This document shows positions 17,517-27,905 of a stretch of 64,000 nt of DNA, in pieces. Position numbers and translations under genes: made by a program. Numbering within the stretch: position 1 is the stretch's first letter; every line of letters starts with the position of its first letter. The notes below the pieces were generated by a model. That model was not told the origin of the DNA. It saw nothing but the letters and a program-made list of their open reading frames with translations, and did not search any database. Source of the stretch: Gammaproteobacteria bacterium (GTDB lineage Bacteria; Pseudomonadota; Gammaproteobacteria; GCA-002705445; GCA-002716945); assembly GCA_045561295.1 (NCBI GenBank), contig JBJKYD010000012.1:1-64000 (forward strand), read 5' to 3'.

Positions 17517-18838
17517 AGTGTCATCTTAAAGTTATTTACTATGGCGCCGGGTAATCTCGCGCTTGATGTTGATCTCTCCTCATATGTTCCAGAGTCTATT
17601 AGAAGCTCCCTACTTGAAGTAAGGCCGATTAAGTTATCACCCAACATACTGTAAACACTATCATCGAATCTCATTGTATTAATTGGAGCAGTGAGCTTTC
17701 CGTTTTCTACAAGAAAGCATCCGAACCTTGTAAGTCCTGTCATTCTTCCATTATTTCTATCTGAAAAGTTTAAATACCAAAGATTACTTATATAAATTCC
17801 ATTATCAATTGTCTCTAAGATTTTATCATCACTTATTGAGCCTGCTCCCATATCTATAGAACAGGGATATTCTGAGGGACTTGCTGCATTATGAACTACT
17901 GAATATTCTAGTGATGAACGAGGTGAGGTTAAAGATTCTATAAATTCTCCTTTTTTAATCATACTAATCTCCTCAGGTTTTATAAAACCATCAGAATTAA
18001 AATTAGCAGAAAGTCCGTCTTTAATATTTTCATCTATAGATATGAGTTCATTTAGTTTTCTTTCTTTTTTATTTAATAAATGCAGAGGACTAGTTCCAAT
18101 TTTATTAGATTTATAACTAAATCCTCCCCATGCCATCATATCTATGATTTCATTAAGTGCAGATGGCTCAAGGTATACTCTGTATTCTCCAGTAGTAATT
18201 TTCTTCTCTGTATTCGATAGTATAGCTAACTTTTCTATACCTTTATTGAGGATAAAATCATAATCGTCTTTATTCCATTTTTTTGATGAGTAATTAAGCT
18301 TTATAGCATTATTATTTTTGTTATAAATAGAATAGTCAAAGCTAAAGGAATAATCTTCATGCCAGTTTTTTTGACCTAATGAATTTGCTAGCCCAGTATA
18401 AATGGATCCTGACGAAAATATTCCTACTAAATCTAGCTTAGTTGCGCTATTCAATATGTGTTCTAGAATTACTTCATCACTAGTGCTTTGCTTTTCAGAG
18501 GTTATCTCTGTTGAATGAACAGATGTGGAAAACATCATATATGGATCCTTAGGCAAATCTGGCAACTCCCTTCTCAAATAATTAAGAGTTTTTATCAGCG
18601 TGGATATATCTCTCTCAAAACTTCCATTGAGTCTTACATATGATTTTAAATTTCTTTTATCTTTAGTAGACAAACTAAGTGTCATTGAAATTTGTTTAAC
18701 ACTTCCAGCTTGTCTTATTTTGCCTTTATTTAGTCTAACAAATTTTGATTCTTCAGCATCGAAATTAATAATTAACAGTTCATTACTTTTTATATTTTTA
18801 AATAATTCTCTAGTGATATTTTCAAAATACTCTCTCAT
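17513..18838 (-). CDS. TldE/PmbA-like subunit
   Basis: YRVYLEPSA, IYISNLWYLN, MTGLTRF, RFDDS; no HExxH; coupled to tldD. Confidence 0.8.
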   Translation of the reverse strand: MREYFENITRELFKNIKSNELLIINFDAEESKFVRLNKGKIRQAGSVKQISMTLSLSTKDKRNLKSYVRLNGSFERDISTLIKTLNYLRRELPDLPKDPYMMFSTSVHSTEITSEKQSTSDEVILEHILNSATKLDLVGIFSSGSIYTGLANSLGQKNWHEDYSFSFDYSIYNKNNNAIKLNYSSKKWNKDDYDFILNKGIEKLAILSNTEKKITTGEYRVYLEPSALNEIIDMMAWGGFSYKSNKIGTSPLHLLNKKERKLNELISIDENIKDGLSANFNSDGFIKPEEISMIKKGEFIESLTSPRSSLEYSVVHNAASPSEYPCSIDMGAGSISDDKILETIDNGIYISNLWYLNFSDRNNGRMTGLTRFGCFLVENGKLTAPINTMRFDDSVYSMLGDNLIGLTSSRELLIDSGTYEERSTSSARLPGAIVNNFKMTL

Positions 18839-20271
18839 TACTCTCCACCAAAAACATCAATGTCTTTAAACAAGCAAGACGGTGTTGCATGGCCTACAAA
18901 AATAGTTTGATTAGGCTCTCCCTTTCCGCAATTTGCTGTGCCAAGGATAGAATAAGATGATTCATCACCAACCATGGCTAAGTTATGCCAGAAATCTTTA
19001 GTGATACCGCGATAGTTTGGATTTTTAACTACTCCTTTCATCTCTCCATCTTTGATGATGGTTCCTTTTTCACAACCAAATTGAAATTTATTCCTATAAT
19101 CGTCAATAGACCATGAATTATTCGTTTCTAATAAAATTCCATCTTCGATAACTGCTATCATTTCAGACAGAGGAGTATCGCCTGGCTCCATGTTAATATT
19201 ACCCATTCTATCGATAGGTGGTCTATTCCAACTCGTAGCTCTTGAACAGGCAACATAATCTTGTTCAGCTCTTTGAGCGGAGTAAAAGCTACCTATTGGT
19301 TTCTTTAGTAATCCATTTTGTATTAGATATTTTTTTTGAGCAGGAGTTCCATCATCATCAAAATTATATGATGCTAATTCTGATTCTTGTTCAGGATTAA
19401 AAGATATGTTCAGCTTTTCAGATCCATACTTATATTTGCCAAACATATCAAGATTAACAAAACTTGAGCCAGCATAATTTCTCTCATCACCTAATATTCT
19501 ATCTAATTCTAGTGGGTGTCCGATGGATTCATGAATTTGCAAAATCATCTGATCAGGCGCTATTAATGCATCACATTTTTTACTTGGACAGTTTGTTGCC
19601 ATAGACAGTTCTATTGCATCATTAGCAATTGATGTTGCTGTATCAATTAAATTTGAGTCTTTAATAAAATTATAGCCAATTTGTCTAGCATGAGCATGGC
19701 CCCCATATGTCCTGGTTTGGATTTCTTTTTTATATTCTGCGCATGCAATTAGTTGGGGGAGTATGTACGAGATGTTTTGTCTAAATTTACTTCCATTTGT
19801 ATCGGTAAATAATGTCTCAATTTTATTGTATCTAAAGCTTGCTCCCCAGTTTGAAATTGTTGGTTTAGACTTTAAGGCTTTATTAATTTCATAAAGATAA
19901 TCAACTTTATCTTTGTTTGATTCTTTGGCCCAAGTATCTTGCTCGTGAGTAAAATATTTGCCATTGTTAATGATATCAGCTGGAGGAGTGGGCTGATGAA
20001 TTAAGTTGCCTTTTGTAAATGCAGACCATTTCTTTGCCTCTTCTGTTGCTTTCAATATTCCTTCCCTAGTCAAATCGCTCGTTGCAGAATATCCATATCC
20101 GCCGTTATGAATTACCGTTACCATCAGGCCCTCATCTTCTATAATCTCAATCGGCTCTAAGACATTTCTTGTAACCGATAAAACATTCGTATATTTGCTT
20201 ACAAAACGGAAAGAGCAGTAGTCAACGTTTGGAAGATAGCTGTTTATTTGATTTATAAATTCATTTTTCAT
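18838..20271 (-). CDS. tldD: TldD family metalloprotease
   Basis: IHESIGHPLELDR, DDDG, PIDRM.N, SWSIDD.R.KFQFG, NCGKGEP.Q. Confidence 0.88.
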   Translation of the reverse strand: MKNEFINQINSYLPNVDYCSFRFVSKYTNVLSVTRNVLEPIEIIEDEGLMVTVIHNGGYGYSATSDLTREGILKATEEAKKWSAFTKGNLIHQPTPPADIINNGKYFTHEQDTWAKESNKDKVDYLYEINKALKSKPTISNWGASFRYNKIETLFTDTNGSKFRQNISYILPQLIACAEYKKEIQTRTYGGHAHARQIGYNFIKDSNLIDTATSIANDAIELSMATNCPSKKCDALIAPDQMILQIHESIGHPLELDRILGDERNYAGSSFVNLDMFGKYKYGSEKLNISFNPEQESELASYNFDDDGTPAQKKYLIQNGLLKKPIGSFYSAQRAEQDYVACSRATSWNRPPIDRMGNINMEPGDTPLSEMIAVIEDGILLETNNSWSIDDYRNKFQFGCEKGTIIKDGEMKGVVKNPNYRGITKDFWHNLAMVGDESSYSILGTANCGKGEPNQTIFVGHATPSCLFKDIDVFGGE

Positions 20272-20310
20272 GATTTAGTGGAGGATACATTGTATCATTT
20301 AACTATAATT

Positions 20311-21261
20311 ATGCATAAAATTTATCCTCTTATTAAAAATACGAATTTCCCAAGCATTAAGAGGTCTTGGCTAAAAACCATACAGGTTAATTTAGGTTAT
20401 AAGTGTAATCAAAGTTGTCTTCATTGTCATGTTAATGCTGGTCCAAAAAGAAGAGAAATGATGGATAAAAAAACCATAGATAATGTAATCGATTTTGCTA
20501 TTAATTATAATATAGAAACAATTGACCTTACAGGAGGCGCTCCTGAAATAAATAAGTATTTTAAATATATGGTCAAGGAATTAAGACAACATGATATTCA
20601 TATAATTGATCGCTGTAATTTGACTATACTCAATGAAGATGGCATGGAAGATTTACCGAGTTTTTTTGTAAAACATAAAATAGAAATTATTGCTTCCTTA
20701 CCTTGTTATATAAAAAAAAATGTCGATCGTCAAAGAGGTAAAGGTGTGTTTGATGAGAGTATTAAGATATTAAGACTACTTAATGATATAGGATATGGGA
20801 TGAAGAAAGATTTAATTTTAAATCTAGTCTACAACCCACAAGGTCCTGTTCTGCCTCCTTCACAAAGTAAACTAGAAAAAGAGTATAAGTCATATCTTAG
20901 AGAGAGTTTTGATATAGAGTTCAATAACTTGTTTGTAATTACGAATATGCCAATTAATAGATTTGGTAGCACATTAGTAAGCCAAAATAAGTTTAATAGT
21001 TATATGAAACTTCTACAATCATCATTTTCAGAAAAAGCAAAAGATAATGTAATGTGTAAAGAGTTAATTAGTATTGACTATAACGGAAACGTCTTTGATT
21101 GTGATTTCAATCAAATGCTCAAAATGAACTTATCAGGTAAAGAAACTCATATCACCAAGATAACAAAAAAATATCTACATAATAGAGAGATATCAACCGG
21201 AGACCATTGTTATGGTTGTACCGCAGGATCTGGAAGTAGTTGTGGCGGAACAACAATATAG
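20311..21261 (+). CDS. arsS: Arsenosugar-biosynthesis-type radical SAM protein ArsS
   Basis: QVNLGYKCNQSCLHCHV (CX3CX2C), DLTGGAPE, ASLPCY, DCDFNQML, HCYGCTAGSGSSCGG. Confidence 0.85.
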   Translation: MHKIYPLIKNTNFPSIKRSWLKTIQVNLGYKCNQSCLHCHVNAGPKRREMMDKKTIDNVIDFAINYNIETIDLTGGAPEINKYFKYMVKELRQHDIHIIDRCNLTILNEDGMEDLPSFFVKHKIEIIASLPCYIKKNVDRQRGKGVFDESIKILRLLNDIGYGMKKDLILNLVYNPQGPVLPPSQSKLEKEYKSYLRESFDIEFNNLFVITNMPINRFGSTLVSQNKFNSYMKLLQSSFSEKAKDNVMCKELISIDYNGNVFDCDFNQMLKMNLSGKETHITKITKKYLHNREISTGDHCYGCTAGSGSSCGGTTI

Positions 21262-21263
21262 GC

Positions 21264-21935
21264 ATGAATCTTTCTTTCATTATTCCAACACTTAACGAGG
21301 AACGCACGCTTTTATCAAATCTAATTTTTTTAAAAAGAATAAGAAAATATCTTAATGCTGAATTGATAGTAGTTGACGGGGGAAGCCATGATTCTACGGT
21401 AAATATTGCCAAAACATTATCATGTAATGTATATATATCTGAACCTTCTAGATCTAAACAATTTAATTTAGGAGCAAAACATGCCCGCGGGAAGTACTTA
21501 GTATTTCTTCACGCTGATACCATACTGGATAATGATGCAATAGACCATCTTAAAAAGATTAAAAAAAATACTCAATGGGGGTTTTTTAGTATCAAAATAA
21601 AATCAAATAATTGTAAGTACAAGATACTATCTGCGCTTATAAACATAAGAAGTAGGTTGTTTAATTACGCGACAGGCGATCAAGTTATGATAGTGGAGAA
21701 TAATTTTTTTTACAGAGTGAAAGGTTTCAAAGAAATATATCTAATGGAAGATATAGAGCTGTCTAATAGAATAAAAAAATTAAGCAACCCAAGTTTAATT
21801 AGAGGATTAGCTATAACTTCTCCAAGGAGATGGGAAAAAAATGGTTTTTTCAAAACGATTCTCCTGATGAGATTTTTAAGAATACTATATTTCCTTGGCG
21901 TTAATGATAAATTTCTAGCTAGTATTTATAAATGA
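21264..21935 (+). CDS. GT2 glycosyltransferase, TIGR04283 (ArsS-associated) type
   Basis: IIPTLNE, VDGGS.D, FLHADT, TGDQ, LMED, TSPRRW. Confidence 0.85.
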   Translation: MNLSFIIPTLNEERTLLSNLIFLKRIRKYLNAELIVVDGGSHDSTVNIAKTLSCNVYISEPSRSKQFNLGAKHARGKYLVFLHADTILDNDAIDHLKKIKKNTQWGFFSIKIKSNNCKYKILSALINIRSRLFNYATGDQVMIVENNFFYRVKGFKEIYLMEDIELSNRIKKLSNPSLIRGLAITSPRRWEKNGFFKTILLMRFLRILYFLGVNDKFLASIYK

Positions 21936-22516
21936 GCACAGTAATTAATATTATGTCAAAAAATCCTGACTTTGCTGAATGCAAAACTAGATTAAAGAGT
22001 CTTTTATCAAAAGAAGAAAGAGTATACATAACAAAGCATATGCTAGATATAACATGTAGTGTTGTATCGGAGTTTAATACTACAAACATGCTGCATCTGT
22101 TTCCAAATAAAGATGGTATGTTTATTAGAAGTCTTTCAAAGAAGTATAATATAATACCTCAGATTCAAAGAGCAGGTCAGCTAAGTGACAAGATACATTC
22201 AATATTAAATCAAGATAATCAAATATTTGAAAAGAAATTAGTAATAGGTGCAGATATTCCGTCTATAAGTATTGATGAAATTTCTGAATGCATGAATTCA
22301 TTAAATGAATACGATTGTGTTTTTGGTCCTTCAAATGATGGAGGGTTTTATCTTGTAGGTACTAAAGCTAATGCACATTTCATATTTGAAAATCTCAATA
22401 TGGATACTATTTTAATCCATCACTTAACAGCCATTTGCAAGAAAAATAGAATTAGTTACAAACTAATAAGAGAACTCAAAGATATTGACTGTGAACAAGA
22501 TTTATTATCTATTTGA
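21932..22516 (+). CDS. TIGR04282/DUF2064 CofC-like transferase (ArsS-associated)
   Basis: K.P....KTRL, IGADIP, GPSNDGGFYLVG, L.DID...DL. Confidence 0.82.
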   Translation: MSTVINIMSKNPDFAECKTRLKSLLSKEERVYITKHMLDITCSVVSEFNTTNMLHLFPNKDGMFIRSLSKKYNIIPQIQRAGQLSDKIHSILNQDNQIFEKKLVIGADIPSISIDEISECMNSLNEYDCVFGPSNDGGFYLVGTKANAHFIFENLNMDTILIHHLTAICKKNRISYKLIRELKDIDCEQDLLSI

Positions 22517-23266
22517 ACTGTCTTTTTTGTTATAAAGATCATTTAGCTTTGTATATTTTAGATAAGTATTAAACATAGTGGTGAGGGCAACTTTAAATCC
22601 ATTTTTCCCTTGAAAGATCCCACCTTTAATTATTAACTTCTTGAAAAATGCAAAAATACATCTTGTTATTGGTCGAATGGAAGATGCTTTAACTCCATCT
22701 TTATAAAGTTGTTGAGCGCTCATGCTACTCCTAAAATTCATTTTATCTATCCATTCTTCCATAGACTCATATGTATTATGTATTATATGCGTTTTGGTTT
22801 TATATTTTTTAATGCTTGCTACAGCAGCATGATCTGCCCTAGTGTCATAATTCACTTTAGTTTTATCATATAATCTTGTCACTTCATCGGGATAGAAACC
22901 GGCTGCTTTTATCCACTCATCACCACAAAAGTTTTTCCTACGAAATGAATAGCTATCATAGTCATCATTAAGATTGATTTTTTTCATAAACTCTACTAAA
23001 TCATTTGCTAAATATTCATCTGCATCCATGCTAAATATCCAGTTATTTTTAGAAAATTTAGAAGCTTCTTTTTTTTGAGCGCCGTCTCCTAAGAAAGATT
23101 GAATGAATACCTTAGCTCCAGATTTGGCAGCTATATCTCTTGTTAGATCTGTACTTTCAGAATCAAGCACCACTACTTCATCGCAAATGCTTTGTAAACT
23201 TTTTATAGCTCTTTCGATATATTTTTCAGCATTAAGAGTTATTATTGTGCCTGTGATTTTATTCAT
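22505..23266 (-). CDS. GT2 glycosyltransferase (WaaE/KdtX-like, LPS core)
   Basis: IIT.N, DSESTD.T, W..SMDADE, YPD...RL. Confidence 0.85.
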   Translation of the reverse strand: MNKITGTIITLNAEKYIERAIKSLQSICDEVVVLDSESTDLTRDIAAKSGAKVFIQSFLGDGAQKKEASKFSKNNWIFSMDADEYLANDLVEFMKKINLNDDYDSYSFRRKNFCGDEWIKAAGFYPDEVTRLYDKTKVNYDTRADHAAVASIKKYKTKTHIIHNTYESMEEWIDKMNFRSSMSAQQLYKDGVKASSIRPITRCIFAFFKKLIIKGGIFQGKNGFKVALTTMFNTYLKYTKLNDLYNKKDSSNR

Positions 23267-23268
23267 TT

Positions 23269-24360
23269 CTATAGAGAGTCAAATATCTCCTCTAATCTAC
23301 CAAAATGTTTATCATAATTATACCGCTTATATGCATATTCAAATGCATTAGAAACCAGTTGTTCTCTTAAAGTTTTATTTTCATATAACATGTCAATTTT
23401 TTCTGAGAGGTCACTAGCATTTTTTGTTTCAAATAAAAGACCATTACTCCCATGTGAGATAATTTCTGGTACACCACCGGCATTACTTCCAATAACTGGT
23501 ACGCCCATAATCATTGCTTCTGCAGCAACTAAGCCAAATGTCTCCTCATAAGTAGGAAGTATCAGTAAATCAAAAAATGGCATATATGACATGGGTGAAT
23601 CTACAAAATTAACAAATTTTAAATAGTTAGTTAAGTGATATATTTTAGCATTGATAAGTAAATCTTCTTTATATTGCTTAGACATGACATGTCCAATAAT
23701 ACACAGTTGCATCTGATTAGAGCTCATATTAATAGCGTCCAAAACAAGATGCTGACCTTTTTGTTCTTCAACACGTGAAAATATAGCTATAGAAAAAATT
23801 TCTGGGTCGATATTATTAATATTCATGAAATCAGATCTATTTAGTTTTATATTTGATTTTGGTTTACTGATACCATAAGTTAATTTTTTAATTTTATCTT
23901 TATCTATTGGTAGGTTCCTATAAGCTTCTTCATATAGTTTATCTGTTATAACTAAAAATAAATCTATGTTTCTATAAAAAAATTTATGATAGAAGGTTGT
24001 TTTTGGATGTGGTATTTTCATTTGCCTATAAAATATTATCTTGATATTTCCAGGTGTTAATAACTTAAGCATCACTGCCATGAATATATCTTTAGACCAA
24101 CTTACATGCAAAATATTTAATTTATTTTTGATAATATATTTTCTTAATACAAAAAAGTTTATTATACCTTTAAGAAAACCAGTGTTAGGACATTCAGCTT
24201 TATTATCAATAATGCTTTTTGCAATATATGAACTTTTCATACAGGCAGCATGCATTTTATAGCCCATATTTCTATAATGTTGGACAAGCTTTGTAAAATA
24301 TAACTCCAGCCCACCCTGGTCAGGAGATAAACATAGAGCCAGTACTTTATTAATTTTCAT
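23269..24360 (-). CDS. GT4 glycosyltransferase
   Basis: GGLE, R...QKGQ, ETFGLVAAEAM..GVPVIGS..GG..EII. Confidence 0.88.
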   Translation of the reverse strand: MKINKVLALCLSPDQGGLELYFTKLVQHYRNMGYKMHAACMKSSYIAKSIIDNKAECPNTGFLKGIINFFVLRKYIIKNKLNILHVSWSKDIFMAVMLKLLTPGNIKIIFYRQMKIPHPKTTFYHKFFYRNIDLFLVITDKLYEEAYRNLPIDKDKIKKLTYGISKPKSNIKLNRSDFMNINNIDPEIFSIAIFSRVEEQKGQHLVLDAINMSSNQMQLCIIGHVMSKQYKEDLLINAKIYHLTNYLKFVNFVDSPMSYMPFFDLLILPTYEETFGLVAAEAMIMGVPVIGSNAGGVPEIISHGSNGLLFETKNASDLSEKIDMLYENKTLREQLVSNAFEYAYKRYNYDKHFGRLEEIFDSL

Positions 24361-24444
24361 ATAATTCAGATATTATAGTCTTATTATTAGTGAAGAAACA
24401 AAGAATAATTTGTAAGTGATAATTTTTATTGTTGTAATACACAA

Positions 24445-25392
24445 ATGAAAAAGATTCTAGTCATAAGAAATGATCGTTTAGGGGACTTAATGTTGATTCT
24501 TCCAGCTCTAAGAATAATTAGATCGTCCATACCGGGTATACAAATAGATTGTCTTATTAATAAAAGTTATAAAGATATATCATTATTATCAAATGATATT
24601 GATAATGTATTAATAGATACTATTTCATCTAATATTATTAGAGAACATGAATATGATCATTGCATAAGTTTTTTTTCTACTTTTAATATTGGATACAAAC
24701 TGTGGAAAGCAAATATTAAACATAGATATGCACCATCAACAAAATTAGCGCAAGTTTTTTATAATAAAACAATCAAACAGAATAGATCAGAATCATATAA
24801 GTCTGAATATGAATACAATAATGATCTTGCTCGTTATTTTTTAAATGATAATGGTTATCGAATTATCGAATCCAATGATCCTTTCATAAAATTGGAAAAC
24901 CAAAAAGAAAAAAATAGCAACCTAAAAAAAATAATTTTCATTCACCCATATACCGGAGGATCATCTAAAACATTATCTGAAGATGATTTTATTAAATTAT
25001 GTATAGAGTTAGATAAATTATGCTCTTACAAATTTATCTTACATTGTGATATATATGATTATGAAAAATGTCTTACAATGAAGAATAAATTATCCAAATT
25101 AGATATAGATGTAATTAAACCAACTAATCAGCTTATACAAATGTTTTCAAATATTAATCAATGTGATTTATTTATAGCGGGATCAACAGGTCCTCTTCAT
25201 GTTGCAGGGTCTCTAAATAAAAAAACAGTCGCTTTTTATCCATCAAAGAAATCATCAACGTCCCTTAGATGGACCACTATTAATGATAAGTCTAATAGAT
25301 TAGCTTATGAAGATTCTGGTACCGATGATAAATATATTAAAAATGACATATTTAAAATTGCAAACGATATTTATAATAAATTATTGAAATAA
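24445..25392 (+). CDS. GT9 glycosyltransferase
   Basis: ILVIRNDRLGDLML, IHP..GGS, STGPLHVAG. Confidence 0.85.
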   Translation: MKKILVIRNDRLGDLMLILPALRIIRSSIPGIQIDCLINKSYKDISLLSNDIDNVLIDTISSNIIREHEYDHCISFFSTFNIGYKLWKANIKHRYAPSTKLAQVFYNKTIKQNRSESYKSEYEYNNDLARYFLNDNGYRIIESNDPFIKLENQKEKNSNLKKIIFIHPYTGGSSKTLSEDDFIKLCIELDKLCSYKFILHCDIYDYEKCLTMKNKLSKLDIDVIKPTNQLIQMFSNINQCDLFIAGSTGPLHVAGSLNKKTVAFYPSKKSSTSLRWTTINDKSNRLAYEDSGTDDKYIKNDIFKIANDIYNKLLK

Positions 25393-26367
25393 TTTAATTA
25401 CTGATTCCTTTACTTCATCGACTTTTATATCATTTAAGCACTTTGTGTGCCCTAATGGGCAAACTCTTTTGAAGCATGGGCTGCAATCTAAATCTTTATA
25501 AATAATATCTCTTTTTTCTTTTGAAATTAAAGGCGGCGTATAAGTTGGAGAAGATGATCCATATAAGGCTATTATTTTTTTATCTAATGAGGCAGAAACA
25601 TGCATTAAACCAGAATCATTTGAAATGACTCCCTCGGATGAGGCAATTATTTGCATAACTTCAAGTAAATTAGTTTTACCAATAAGATTAATTATTTTGT
25701 CTGATTCTAAGGATCTAAATGCATTACTTATGCTAGTATCCAAACCTACAATAATGACATTATAAAGTTTAGATAAATCGTTAGCGAGGTTAAGCCATTT
25801 ATTGGTTGGCCATCTTTTTGCAGGACCATATTCAGCGTCAGGACAAAAAACTATGTATTTACCATCGAATTTATATTTGTTAAAAATTAATTCTTTATCC
25901 GTCTTGATATCAAAAACGGGATTAGCTTTATGAGTATATTTTTGATCTATTAAATGTAAATATCTATTCACCATGCCTAAATTTCTTTCGATAGGTTGTT
26001 TTATGATATTTATTAATCCGTAACGAAACTCTCCTAAATAACTAATTCTTTTTTTAATTCTTGCAATAAATGGAATAATTGCTGATTTATAGCTATTTGT
26101 TAAAATATAACATTCATCATATTGTTCTGATCTTAGACTTAGACCTTTTTTAATTCTATATATTAATGATAATCTCCCATGTTCTGTCTTGGATGCTATA
26201 ACTTTTCTTATGCCGGGTATTACATTAGCTAAATTTAAAAGATTTGAATTAACAAGAATATCAATAGAATTATTTTGATTCTTTTTTAATGCTTTTATGA
26301 ATGATGCACTCATAATCAAATCTCCAATCCATGCAGGAGCAATTATTAGTATTTTTTTGTTTGGCAT
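25381..26367 (-). CDS. waaF: LPS heptosyltransferase II
   Basis: P.WIGDL.M, GE.RYGL, AEYGPAKRWP, NDSGLMH, YGSSSP..TPPL, CSPCFKR.CPLGH. Confidence 0.92.
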   Translation of the reverse strand: MPNKKILIIAPAWIGDLIMSASFIKALKKNQNNSIDILVNSNLLNLANVIPGIRKVIASKTEHGRLSLIYRIKKGLSLRSEQYDECYILTNSYKSAIIPFIARIKKRISYLGEFRYGLINIIKQPIERNLGMVNRYLHLIDQKYTHKANPVFDIKTDKELIFNKYKFDGKYIVFCPDAEYGPAKRWPTNKWLNLANDLSKLYNVIIVGLDTSISNAFRSLESDKIINLIGKTNLLEVMQIIASSEGVISNDSGLMHVSASLDKKIIALYGSSSPTYTPPLISKEKRDIIYKDLDCSPCFKRVCPLGHTKCLNDIKVDEVKESVIKLFQ

Positions 26368-26370
26368 TTT

Positions 26371-27312
26371 TTAATTTTGATCTAAGAACTTCAGATACGA
26401 CGACACCCCGTCCTCTAGTTCAGTTGCTTCCTTCTGATAACCTCTATCTTTCAAACTGCTCATATCAGCCTCAGTAAAAGCCTGGTATTGTTCTTCCAAA
26501 CCTTCAGGAAAATTTATATATTCAATATGGCCTGAATTAAAATAATTTATTACTGCATTTGCAACATCGTTAAATGAACGACTCTTACCTGAAGCAACAT
26601 TAAATATCCCCGAGTAATTATTTTCCATAAACCATAATTTTATATCTATGGTATCTTTAACATAGACGAAATCTCTTCTTTGTTCGCCATCATCATAACC
26701 ATGACTACCTCTAAAAAGTTTTAACATCCCATGCTGCTTAAATTGATTATAGAAATGATATGCAACACTGCTCATAACTTCTTTATGTTGCTCATAAGGT
26801 CCGTAGACATTAAAATAACGCATCCCAACAATCTGAGACCTAATCTTAGTAATGTTCTCTCTTACATGATTATCAAATAATAGTTTAGACTCTGAATAAT
26901 GATTTAATGAAGATTCATTATCTGAATTTTCTTTAAAAATAGTCCCGTCACCATAAACTGATGCTGAAGAAGCATAAATCATATCGATATTATTATTAGC
27001 AGAATATTCCAAAAGTTTTTTTGAGTAATTGAGATTTACATCCATGATATAATCTCTGTCAGGTTCTGTAGTTTTTGAACATGCACCCAAATGGAATATT
27101 TGATCTATTTTATTTACATATTTACCGTTATGTAAATCTTTTAAAAAGATATTATGATCGAGACAATCTAAAATTTCTAAATTCTTTATATTTTCAAATT
27201 TTTTTGTATATCTATCTAATTCTTCAACAATCAAAATTTGTTTATCTGATTCTATTAAAGATCTCACAAGATTTGTACCTATGAAACCCGCACCGCCAGT
27301 TACAATAATCAT
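26371..27312 (-). CDS. hldD: ADP-L-glycero-D-manno-heptose 6-epimerase
   Basis: VTGGAGFIG.N, HLGACS.T, YASSA.VYG, RYFNVYGP, RDFVYV.D, YQ.FT.AD. Confidence 0.93.
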   Translation of the reverse strand: MIIVTGGAGFIGTNLVRSLIESDKQILIVEELDRYTKKFENIKNLEILDCLDHNIFLKDLHNGKYVNKIDQIFHLGACSKTTEPDRDYIMDVNLNYSKKLLEYSANNNIDMIYASSASVYGDGTIFKENSDNESSLNHYSESKLLFDNHVRENITKIRSQIVGMRYFNVYGPYEQHKEVMSSVAYHFYNQFKQHGMLKLFRGSHGYDDGEQRRDFVYVKDTIDIKLWFMENNYSGIFNVASGKSRSFNDVANAVINYFNSGHIEYINFPEGLEEQYQAFTEADMSSLKDRGYQKEATELEDGVSSYLKFLDQN

Positions 27313-27410
27313 ATGGTGAATAATACCTTATTTTAGTATCAATTATAATAATACTTAATAAAAGTATTGTTATGATCTTGATATTGCTGTTACAATTACT
27401 TTTTTTAAAA

Positions 27411-27905
27411 ATGAAAAGATCACAAATACTTGTTGGTATAATAATGGGATCACAATCTGACTGGCCAATCATGAAGCATGCGTCAGACACTCTAGAAAAT
27501 CTAGCCATCAATCACGAAAAAAAAGTGGTTTCAGCGCATAGAACACCTGATTTATTATTCGAATATGCTGAAAATGCAAGTGAGAGAGGGGTAGAAGTTA
27601 TTATCGCTGGAGCTGGCGGCGCTGCACATCTTCCTGGTATGACAGCAGCAAAGACACATATACCTGTTATTGGTGTGCCAATAAAAACTAAGAGCCTAGA
27701 GGGTAAAGATTCGTTATTATCTATCCTGCAGATGCCAGCTGGAATTCCAGTAGCTACAGTTGCAATAGGTAAAGCAGGATCTATAAACGCAGGTCTACTC
27801 GCAGCCTCTATATTAAGTATAAAATATCCTAATATAAATAAAAAACTTTTAGAATTTAGGAAAAAACAAACAAAACGTGTACTAAAAGCAAGTAAGTTAC
27901 TCTAA
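27411..27905 (+). CDS. purE: N5-CAIR mutase
   Basis: [33 protein letters not shown]; start refined to ATG 27411. Confidence 0.96.
   Translation: MKRSQILVGIIMGSQSDWPIMKHASDTLENLAINHEKKVVSAHRTPDLLFEYAENASERGVEVIIAGAGGAAHLPGMTAAKTHIPVIGVPIKTKSLEGKDSLLSILQMPAGIPVATVAIGKAGSINAGLLAASILSIKYPNINKKLLEFRKKQTKRVLKASKLL

Noticed and set aside
17513-21261. TldD/TldE beside a radical SAM gene as a RiPP cluster
   Set aside because: The radical SAM is ArsS-type and divergently transcribed; no precursor peptide; tldDE is coupled to gltX.
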